The notes under the pieces: model-generated
The model's database searches: none
What the model was told of the DNA's origin: nothing
Seen by the model: the letters and a program-made list of their open reading frames with translations, nothing else
Translations under genes and position numbers: made by a program
DNA from: Nemertoderma westbladi
Lineage: Eukaryota; Animalia; Xenacoelomorpha
NCBI GenBank assembly: GCA_032718475.1
Contig: JAUCBJ010008830.1
Coordinates: 1-64,000, forward strand
DNA: 64,000 nucleotides
Direction of reading: 5' to 3'
Shown: piece by piece, positions 38,722 through 49,017 of the stretch
Numbering within the stretch: position 1 is the stretch's first letter
How the letters are laid out: each line of letters opens with the position of its first letter

Positions 38722-39427
38722 GTGCCGAAAAATCCCGGAGCAATGAATATATTCACCTCTAATTTGCGGTACAATGATTTATTGTTATTACTGTGGACAC
38801 TTTCATTAATAAAATAATTTATTTATTTCGGTTATGGGTATATTCAATTGCGGTGTGTGAAAATATTATTAGCATTAATATTAATAATAAATATTTATTT
38901 CTTGGGTATATAGTAATAGCAATATTTTTAATAAATATATGGGACGTGGTAAGTGACGTGGGTGGGGTCTTCACGCGGCACTATTCGTTTTTAATTTTCA
39001 TCGTCAATCACAGAAACCTTGTGAGGTGAAGTCTTTTAACATGTGGGCGCCAGTAAAACCGGAATAATAATTGGACATAGCCATATTGGGGCCCAACTCT
39101 TTCCATTATATACCAAGCATCTGCCGCCCAACCTATGTGGTTAACACAAAGGCCAGAATCTCTATCCACGCTATGCGCATTAGACAATAATTAAACGCTC
39201 TAACGACAATCAAAGCTCTGGGTTCAATTTACTCGCATATGTGACCGGTTTCGCAAAAGAAATAAGCCATATATAGATACGCCGCGAAGCATAGAAAATT
39301 AGCCTTACCAAAGTAGTTAGTTCTGTTGTAGTTTGCTATATAACATTGGGAATAGCGATACCAGCATCACTTTATTATTTTAATTATTAAATTATAAATT
39401 ATATTATATTATTATTAAAATTTCAAT

Positions 39428-39709
39428 ATGGCTGAAGGCGGTGAACTTGGAAAACCAAAGTTGGTTGTAGAACCATTCGCGCATCATCCCTCAACATTTA
39501 AAAAATTTAACAGGATGAATCTAATCAGAGTTATGTGGGCACAAAGGGTGCGGGCGATGCACTCGCCGGATGTACACTGGCTGTATAAACATGAGGTTGT
39601 CCCGGCGCGCCCGGGGATCGTCTTGCTGATCGCCGGGGGGCGACAGATGTGCGTATGCCCGCCACGGATGATCGGTGAAATGCATACGCCACCTCCAACC
39701 GAAAATTAA
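39428..39709 (+). CDS. Small orphan ORF (93 aa), partially duplicated at 39784-39966
   Basis: ATG in good context, GC-rich; QMCVCPPRMI recurs as CMYVCPPRII. Confidence 0.4.
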   Translation: MAEGGELGKPKLVVEPFAHHPSTFKKFNRMNLIRVMWAQRVRAMHSPDVHWLYKHEVVPARPGIVLLIAGGRQMCVCPPRMIGEMHTPPPTEN

Positions 39710-39799
39710 TGTAAGTAATAATTTCGACAATTAATATTAATTAATAATCATTAATAATCAACAAATTCAACAATAGTACCTACATGCTAAAGGCTTTGC

Positions 39800-40410
39800 T
39801 TACTTCGTGCTGCGCGAATGCTCAGGACATCGGGTTAGCGTGCTATAGCCAGATGCGTACCCCTGGAAGTCCAGATAGTTCTCTATACACGGGTGTGGTA
39901 CTCAATCAATGTATGTATGTATGCCCACCAAGAATAATCGATCAAACTCGCCCCACAACTCATTAATGGTACCCATATTCTAAGGCTTTGCTCGCTTCAT
40001 GGCTCGCCCTATTTTGTCATCAAATCACTGTGTAACCGAGTTATTAGCAATTAAAATTTATGTCGGCGCCGGACGGCGATTAGATAACTCTCCGATTCCA
40101 CCTATATGCTTTCACACACTTCATGGCTCACCCCTCCGCATATAAGTAGAATAATCATATTAAAAATTAATATTATAAATACTATAACTTTATACTCACT
40201 TTGCGGCTCGCCCCACAACTAGTTGCTTAGCAATAACTGTAGAATTGTAATATTGATGGCTGTCGTTAGTTGAATACAATAACCTTACTTCGATGCTATC
40301 ACTCACTTCATGGCTCGCCCCATAAGTCTGTGTTTATTTACCTTTTTTAGTTGTTGCATCATAACCTTACTTCGATGCTATCACTCACTTCATGGCTCAC
40401 CCCATAGGTA
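39800..40410 (+). repeat. Cluster of about 6 CTTCATGGCTC(G/A)CCC motifs
   Basis: Copies near 39995, 40119, 40199, 40306, 40389; a related copy near 1360. Confidence 0.65.
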
Positions 40411-40636
40411 GAATAATCAAATTAAATTGAATTAAATTCGCCCCATTTTTTCATCAAATCACGAAATCATGTTAAAGACTTTATAACAAACGTCTGCAAC
40501 CCACTTACTATATTGGGTTTTACCTATTGCGGTTCAAGGTCAAATGCCAACCGGTAGACACGAATTAATTAAATTACTTCCGTCTGCGGACTGGCCTTAT
40601 ACCACATATGTCACATATACACAGTAGTGACATATG

Positions 40637-41725
40637 TTACATATGCACAATTGTAACCATAGTAAGTGGGTGGGGTGACACAATGGTAATCATAGTAAGT
40701 AGGGGGGGCAAGAGCCGTTTGGCAAATTCTTTAACATGGTAGACTATGGCAGACGCTGTTTTATTTAAGTTGTTTATCATACTACTCATGTCTTTGCGTC
40801 GTTCCTTCCGGCATAGGCATCTTTCTATCGCTCCTCTGTCGGCTGAAGACATGTAACACGCCATCGGGTGCTCGAAATGTATGGTCTTTGAAGTGAGGCT
40901 TTGCTGATGGCTTCCTCCTTCATTATCGTAAAACATATAACCATTCTCCTGCAGAGATCGGCTAGTTGCGTCCCAATCGTCGAGTAAATCGTCGGTAGGG
41001 TTCCAAATTCTCCCTATGGACTTTTCATCGTCGAAACTATTACGTTTTCCGGTCCAATTGGTCGCAATATCGGTGTCGGTTTCAAATGTGCCGACTCCGA
41101 TCCATAATCGAATCGTTTTCGTTAAATATCCTCGCAAGATACAAGGTGCGATATCCGTCCCCGCGCGATCCACTTCCTTAAAGTCCGTAATATGTGGAGG
41201 TACGTTGCGTACGATTTTGTGAACTATCGTTCTATGCAACTCAACCACCTCTAACACATCACCAAAGGTAACCGATGGGAGGAAATCCAGGTTCAAAATT
41301 ATCTCTGGGTGTTCAACTATAGGAATCTTGTAAGTTGTCTCCTCTCGGGTTGGTATGCTAATAGGAAAGTTGGTTGGTTTCGCGACTGGTACTACCGCTT
41401 TAGTAGGATGGGGCTGAGGTTCTTGCGTCATCTCGACATGAGGTATCTGTAGTCTCTGCGACAAACGCTGAGCAAAGGCGATACTATCGAAGAGTTCGGG
41501 TGTCATCTCCTTAGGTTCGGTTTGATCGTGGGATATCCAGTAAAATGGTAGGCTCGCGAGCCTTCCGCCGAACTCCTCGATTTCACCTTTCTCGTACGCC
41601 TTGTACGCCCTATAGAGGCTCAAAGCTTCCCATTTCTCTTGTGTCGACTTATTAGACTCGCCCAGACTTTGGTGGTATGAACATCGTGCTAATATCGGCT
41701 CGGGGTTCTCCAAGTTCAAGCGCAT
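40637..41725 (-). CDS. Orphan 362-aa intronless ORF, probably virus-derived
   Basis: Long open frame with higher GC; appears to extend upstream to ~41823 across a frameshift (MILDALEERIQ..KCGAC). No family recognised. Confidence 0.5.
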   Translation of the reverse strand: MRLNLENPEPILARCSYHQSLGESNKSTQEKWEALSLYRAYKAYEKGEIEEFGGRLASLPFYWISHDQTEPKEMTPELFDSIAFAQRLSQRLQIPHVEMTQEPQPHPTKAVVPVAKPTNFPISIPTREETTYKIPIVEHPEIILNLDFLPSVTFGDVLEVVELHRTIVHKIVRNVPPHITDFKEVDRAGTDIAPCILRGYLTKTIRLWIGVGTFETDTDIATNWTGKRNSFDDEKSIGRIWNPTDDLLDDWDATSRSLQENGYMFYDNEGGSHQQSLTSKTIHFEHPMACYMSSADRGAIERCLCRKERRKDMSSMINNLNKTASAIVYHVKEFAKRLLPPLLTMITIVSPHPLTMVTIVHM

Positions 41726-42129
41726 AGGAATCGCTCACGCATACATGCTCCACATTTGTAAAACAGTTTATAAATCGCCGTCATTTGTCTCTGGATCCGC
41801 TCCTCGAGTGCGTCTAAAATCATATAAGTTCTAAATGTTATGGTATCCCTAAAGTAAGCAAGGCATCTCTAATTTCTAAAATAGGAGTTATCTAACTCGC
41901 TAAAGCACTATAAATCCTATGTAATATGTAGACCAGAGAAACGTGTTATGTAATGGCTATATGTAATATAGCTGTATAGGTATATGTGTTATATAATGGC
42001 TATATGTAATGTCGTCTCGTTACCAATGTTATCTCGTAACTTTGTGTTGGAATATAAAAAAGTCACTAATGTACACCATGTCCTGGAATAAAGTGTCGTT
42101 ATTAAAGTAAATTAAAAAAGTAAATTTTC

Positions 42130-42385
42130 TTCAGCCACTAGGCCAGGGATTACGCACAAAGTCTTACGACTTATTTCCAGTGCGGTCCCCCCAGAACTTT
42201 ACTCCCAAGAGGAAACTCTAGTACTCATTTAGCTACCACTTAAGGATGCAAGGCAGAGATACGCCCAGGCTGGTCCCTTTAAAGCATTTATGCCGAAACG
42301 AAAACTGCCCTGGCCCATGTGAGGATTGAACCCACGACCTACAGGAGATGTGAATTCAATGCAACCACTACACCAAGGTGGAACC
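42130..42385 (-). mobile_element. tRNA-derived SINE
   Basis: Minus strand has A box TGGTGTAGTGG and B box GGTTCAATCC, followed by a core containing AAATGAGTAC. Confidence 0.7.
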
Positions 42386-42796
42386 TAAAAGGGTTATTGA
42401 AATGCCTGATTGAACCACCCTCCCAAAAAAAAAAAATTTTAAACCCCAAGTTTTCTTTTTATTTTCATTTTTATTTTAATTTGCTTGGGATTTCTCAACT
42501 CTAAATAACAGGCCTACATTCTAAGCTTTCAAAATAATCGCACCATGGTAAGCTGAAGTAATGGTATTGATATGGTACCTCTTCCTTCTGTAGTTGCCAA
42601 TCCTACACCTTAAAGGTACAAAACTGCAAATCAAAACTAAAATTACATAAACAGCAAAACCTTCCTTTATTCATATCTCTGTAGTTTAAATCTGGGAAAG
42701 AGTTTTGAATAACAATAACTTCGATCAAAACAAAAAATTGAAACAAAATATTAATTAAAACAAAATAACACTGATATATGCATGTATATATATATA

Positions 42797-44130
42797 CTAC
42801 TACTACTACTACTACTAGGATCGGCATGCTGCATTTCAGCTGCATTTTTAAGAATGCTGTGCCGGCTTGTCAACAAAATTGCACCGCCACAACTCCCTAT
42901 CACCCATGACATTTGCTAGATCATCCGCATCTTTAAGGCCAGTGTCCTTTAAGATGCGTCTCAAGAAAGTCATGGGCTGTCCACCATGCTTATTCACTCC
43001 ATGAGGCTGACAAAGTACAAGATTATGCACTGGCTGGTCCTCACGGCGAAAGCAATGTCTTGCAAAGCGGAGGCGATTTTGTTCTAGTGTCAAGCTTGGG
43101 GGAACCAATGAGACACCTCCAATGTTATATAGTGTCTGGTTGGAGATGTGTGCATGGTACTTGACACAATGAACCCAGTGTAGCATTCTTGTGAATGTGC
43201 CATCCAGAGATTTGGTGTCCTCAGCAGTTAGAGCCCAGCATGGACTCCCGTAGAGGAGTACTGGAACTACTGCATAATCTAAATAATCGGACCTTAAGTT
43301 TCCGATTAATTCTCGGTGACTTCCAAATCCTGGAAAGCCTATTCAAGGCTGCCCATGCCTTTCCGTTACGTATTCGAAGGTCCTCACCTGACTTCCGGAT
43401 CCATGATCCCAGGTAACAGAAGTCGTCCACATGCTCAAGCATACCATCCTTTGAGCTTATGCTCATCCGATCAGAGACTTGCTGAGGATATTCAAAGTTA
43501 ACTGTCAAAATTTTGGTCTTTCTGGAGTTAATAAAAAGACCAACACTAGAAGCAGCATGTTCTAATGAGATGAGAAGCCGTTGGGCTCCCTCTAATGATT
43601 CTGAGAGTACTCCTAAGTCATCAGAAAAGTCTAGATCAGTTAGGTACTTGGCAGGATTTCCTTGACTTCTGGAGCCAGTAGGTGGAGTTATCATCACCCC
43701 ATCATCATTATGATGATCTAAGGACATGCGTAGAACATAGTTAACCACAATAATGAACAAGAATGGTGCAAGTGTGTCTCCTTGGAGGACGCCCCATAAC
43801 ACTTCAAATGGTTCTGTGTCACCGTCAACAGTAGACACAAATGTTGTCGATCCATCGTATACTGATCTGATTGCTGCAATAATTTCATCAGGAATCCCAT
43901 ATAATGAAAGTATGCTGAACATACGCGAGCGAGAGACTGAATCAAAGGCCTGGAAGAAGTCAACAAAGATAACAGCCAGATGCCTGTCTTTCTTTTTTGA
44001 TAATTCTTCAATTATCCTTCTAAGTGCCAAAATGGGCTCCATGGTCCCACGACCTTTACGGAACCCATTCTGATTTCCACGGAGCAGTCTCTCAATGGGA
44101 TCCCTGATGCGATTTAATAGAATCCTATTG
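42797..44130 (-). mobile_element. RTE-clade LINE, 5'-truncated, RT domain to (TAG)n tail, inserted in a (TA)n run
   Basis: QNGFRKGR, FVDFFQAFDSV, GVLQGDTLAPFLF, LDFSDD, FCYLGS; frameshift near 43275; CTACTACTA tail at 42797; empty site at ~33970. Confidence 0.95.
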
Positions 44131-44263
44131 TATCCTATCCTATTGTATATAATCCTATATATATATATATATAACAATATATAGTTATTAACATCTTGCC
44201 AATTTTATAATAAAACTAGCTCATAGCTGCCTAGAATCTGGTTTTACTTGCCATTTTTAGGTA

Positions 44264-46310
44264 CCATCAGGCAGGGTTACTTGGGACACTTTTTTTAAAT
44301 AATGTTATTGTCATCAAAAACTACATAGCATGTGATACTATACTAATACCACAAATATATATATGATATTACTTGATCTAAAAATTCGATTAGTTTTCAA
44401 TATTAAATAAGTTTTTGATATTTTTTTTTTAATTAATAGGTGTCCCAAGTTACCCACCAAAGGGGGTAACTTGGGACACTAGTAAGAAATGTCATCAAAT
44501 CTGATTATTAATCACTCTCTCGTCTCATGTTGGGCCATCAGGGGGTAACTTGGGACATGGGCCATTTTTTAAAAAACATTTGGTAATACTATATACCCAA
44601 TATAAGGGCACATAGCATTACCAAATGGATTAAAATTTATTAAACCGTAACAAAATAGAAACTATTACTACCTAAAAAAACTATCCTTTATTATTGCATA
44701 GTGTATATTGCAGTATTGCATACCTGGATGAAATTATGGAGAATAATCAAGCACAATATTATGAGATAATGTATAGCAAATACAGTATAGCTATAGTAGA
44801 GCCCATAGCCCATATAGCTACCATATAGCCATATAGCATACAGTATAGCCCATATAGCTATAGTAGATAGCCCATTCTTACTTACAAATATAAAATGATT
44901 ACACACAATAGTGAAATTATAGTGGACATAAAAATAGACGTAGTCCACTTTGGGCAGTTAAGAGACAGCAAGTTCAACATGACAATGTAAATGACAATGT
45001 ATTTTAGTTTAACACTTATTTTTTCACATCAATATAATTACTGTTTCTCTTTGAAATATTTCCTAAAGGAATTCCATATGTATTGGACATTATGGATTGT
45101 CTTTATTTCATAATGTGGCTTTAGTGCAAGTAGTTCCCTTTTGCTACGGGCAGGAAGAACGAGTTCTTCAATATCAAGTAAAGAAATAAAGAACAAATAA
45201 CGAACAAATAAAGAAACGACGCAGGACAACTTCTATATCATCACGCGTAGGCCATATCACTATAGTTCCTTCAGGCAAAGAAGCCTTTCTATCATCTGTT
45301 TCTCTTAAGAATTTGACTTTATACTCATTCGGAGTTACTTCTTTATTGACATCTATAACTTCCCCATAGTAGGGTTTCTTATCGAAGAAAACTGCATAGA
45401 GTTTCCCTATAACATCAGGTGAATCAAGGGATTTTTCCACACGCTTGAAATGATTTAATACCCATAGTTGATGATTATTAAATGATTCGTCATCCCCATC
45501 GCTCTCACTCTCCTCAGGACTCTCAGTCTCAGGACTGCCAATATTATACCCAACCTCTTCCTCACTATCATCAGTTTCGCTAGGTGTAATGAGTTCTTCA
45601 GATTCACCCTCGTCACTACTTACTAGTAAAACTTGCCTTCTAGCAGCTCTTTGTTTACTTATTGCAGGAGCTTTATTTTCTTGATTCTTAGCAGTTGCCT
45701 TTGTTGTTGGTTTCTTAGTTGTCTTCTTTGAAGCCATCCACTGAATACCAGTGGTTTCTAAGGGAGTGAGATCTTCTGCTCGAATTCCCTTTCCTGGTTC
45801 AACATCAACAAGACGTCTCTTTTTTGGCTTCTTAGTTGGCCCCTGGTAGCGCATTCCCTCTAACATATTCACAACAACCTGGCTAACATTATGCACTTCA
45901 TTTTGTTGTTCAAGAGAATCTTTCTCTGAATGCGGAAGTTTTGATAGAACTTGTCGGCTGTCAAGTGGTACAATCCCACACTTTCGGAAGCCAGATATTA
46001 TGTTCATCTTTGCATTAACAAGCAACTTCTTGCGGAGGTCTAAGAGTAATTCAGGAAATTTCTCCTTTGGTACTATTCCATTCCTGTGTGACATCTTCCA
46101 TTTAACAAGAATTGTTCTCCAAATTCGTTTCAATGGACCATAGAAGGCCACATCAAGAGGTTGTGTAAGATGAGTTGAGTTTGGTGGTATACAGGCAAAT
46201 GTAATGTTTAATTTTTCACACTTCTTTAGGACTTCCTCAGAGAAATGCGAACTTAAGTTATCACTTAACATCAACTTAGGACCTTCATTTCTCCGAGCCC
46301 AAGGCTCCAC
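44264..46310 (-). mobile_element. pogo/Tigger-family (DDE_1) DNA transposon, 3' half
   Basis: ORF 45174-46310: LSDNLSSH..CIPPNSTHLTQPLDVAFYGPLK plus an acidic tail. Terminus follows TA at 44262 with repeated GGGGTAACTTGGGACA motifs; empty site at ~34070. Confidence 0.9.
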
Positions 46311-46315
46311 AACCT

Positions 46316-46430
46316 TTGCGAAATAAAGTTGTCGGAAATGGTGTTGAGCATAAATGTTATGCTCTTCTTGATACTGGGAGCACTGCCACCTTTGTGGATG
46401 AATCTATCTTTAATCGTATATTCCCTGAAT
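46316..46430 (+). pseudogene. Retropepsin (LTR retrotransposon protease) fragment
   Basis: CYALLDTGSTATFVD active-site motif. Confidence 0.65.
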
Positions 46431-46795
46431 GTTTGATATCATTCATTATTTGGATATATTTTTTTGTTTGTTTTGTTTGTTTGTTTCGTGTTCCCTTTGT
46501 TTCGATATTTGATTATTATTTTTGCTGATTATTTTTTATGTAGCAATTTGCTGTGGTCCATCAATTGTATATAGCCTATCAGTACTAGGCTATAGGGAGC
46601 GGTGTCAACGGCGGTTTGCCGATGTTGGTCCACAGGCAAATTGGCGCTGTGTTTTTAGTATCATTGATGTAAAAAACCAAGATAATTTGTTTATAGATAG
46701 ATTGCCCTACCACATGAGATGAAATGTCTACATTTTATACTGTATTTTCCTCCAGATATAACTTTGAGTATAGTTATACTGTATATGTATACTTT

Positions 46796-46960
46796 CTTTG
46801 TACAGTCTGACCGTGTCAGTCTGCATTCATTACTTTATACATACTTTGTACAGTCTGACCGTGTCAGTCTGCATTCATTACTTTATACATACTTTGTACA
46901 GTCTGACCGTGTCAGTCTGCAGTCATCACTTTCAATTGCCCGTCTGACCGTGTCAGTCAA
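46796..46960 (+). repeat. 48-bp minisatellite, about 3 copies
   Basis: CTTTGTACAGTCTGACCGTGTCAGTCTGCATTCATTACTTTATACATA repeated. Confidence 0.85.
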
Positions 46961-49017
46961 CCTTTACTTGTGATAGCGGTACCGTGTACCGTCTGTACCG
47001 TGTACAGCTCAAGGATGGATTATTGGGGCATTTGAAATTCTGAAACACAGCGTTTGTAGGGTCCAAACCCCTACAAACTGTTATCTCGCCCTACTTTCGG
47101 ATATATTTCAATATTCCAAGATTTCTAATGCTGTACTGTTGACCTACAGTTTGGTTGTTGTTGTTGGTGCTTATTGCTATAGACCTATTGCCGATATTAT
47201 TGAATCACAATAATTATTACTGGAGACAGCTCCTAGGTTGGGGGCCAATTATTATCAATCCAGTGAGTTTTTGGAGTTATTTATAAACCTCTTGGGTATA
47301 ACCTAAGTAAAGCTTGATATCATAATAACCTCCCACGTTAGATAGGCCTAGGTAGCAAGTTCATTGACCTCAATTATAGACACCATTTATCCGTTTGTGA
47401 GCGAGATAGTTTTCTCGAATTCAAGTTACAACGCCCATGACAGCATGACCCCCTTTTATTGCGTAATCGCAGCCATGCAAAGTCGTTCCATCCTTCTGAG
47501 AAATCACATTGTTAAAATCGACTTTGACAATCCACTGCCCCGTCTCTAAGAGACACCCCAACAGATATGGCAATGTGAGCTATTGGCAGTCTCAATGTAC
47601 CTTTATTAAGTGCTTTCAGCATTGTCTTGGAGGATTTGAACTTTATAGTTATATTATGTGACGGACGAAGTATGTGGTGGACATCTATGTGGTGGTCTCT
47701 ATGGAATGCCTAACAAATGCCCCTGCTTCAGAACGCAATTCCGGCTTGTGTTCTGAACACTGAGGTTAACATTCCTGGGCTCATCGACAAAGACATGATA
47801 CCTTTGTCACCATATCCATTCCGATCGCGCCAATTTATTCTGCTGTTCTTTGATGATGACTTTTGTTATCGCCCTAAGTTGGAAGTACCAACTGAACAGG
47901 CGCGAGACCACGTTCGTCAGGAGATCGCTACGTATAAAGATGGCTGGTACCTGTGGGGTTGGAGCAGGGCTGGTGGAGAATAATCGAATGATTCTTGTAA
48001 TACCTGTTGTCCTCGTTTCATATATATATATATATGTACGTTCGGACTAAAGGGCCATATATATGTATCTTTGAAATGAAGGGTATTATGTACCTATATA
48101 ACACAGAATGGAAGTAAAAAGGGCCATTAGTATATCTACATATCTTGTGTATATATGTTCCTACATATACCATTTTAATATACATGCATAAAGATGAAAA
48201 AACGAGCGAAAGGGCCAACTTGTATATCTATATAGTGAGATATGTAGGTATAGTGTACCTATATACCTCAATGGCCCTATCTTATTTCTCTTCATTCTTA
48301 CAGTTCAGTTTATTTGTAAGATCAATTTGAATGCCAATGGGCCACTGTAAATGATGTATATTTGTGGCCCTAATATAAATCATCTCATTCTTTATGATAG
48401 TAAAGGTGGCCCTTTTCCCGTTCATTTAATTTAATAAATCAATTTTGAATCAAATGGGCCAGTCAAACTTTCTCAAAAAATGACATGAATAGTAACATGA
48501 TTTGTAAGACATGCAATGTAATATTTACCTCAGTTAACCTAAAACTAAAATAATGTAGATTTTAATACACATTATTTTTGTTTGAACATATTTTATGTAC
48601 TGTACGGTTAGACTTTCAAGTTCCCATGTCATCAACGGGTGGTTATCGCCGTTGCTTAAGTAGAAATTATACACACAGACAGACTTTAAAGTTCCCCTGT
48701 CTGCCGCTAGGGGGGCGAATTGACAGAAACGTAGAAGTAGCTGTGTAATTATAGAACCAACCATCAGATTCCATCTGAAATTTGGTAGGAGTGAACAAGG
48801 AGCATTGCACAATTATAAATTCTATGCCTAGACGGACTTTTATAGCTCTTATGTTCGTTATTCGTTACTATGTTCTAGCTCTAAAGAGCCTTGTCCATAA
48901 ATATCTCCATGGCGCGATTTGGGTACTGCTGTACTGTACCGCACCGGTGCGGTGCTGCAGTAGGTAATTAATATAATTAATTACACTTAATCAGACTGCC
49001 ATATTCATCCAGGCAAT

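Larger units (their letters stand above)
34140..41890. mobile_element. Decayed Polinton/Maverick (adintovirus-like) endogenous virus, structural module
   Basis: Compact co-oriented penton x2, conserved hypothetical, PW-like, MCP and protease genes, followed by orphan ORFs. No pPolB, integrase, ATPase or TIR seen; inclusion of 39-41.9 kb is inferred. Confidence 0.85.

Noticed and set aside
34140-41890. Complete, active Polinton
   Set aside because: No pPolB, integrase, packaging ATPase or TIRs seen; MCP and protease are disrupted.
42310-42385. tRNA gene
   Set aside because: A and B boxes are present but there is no convincing cloverleaf, and it continues into a SINE body.
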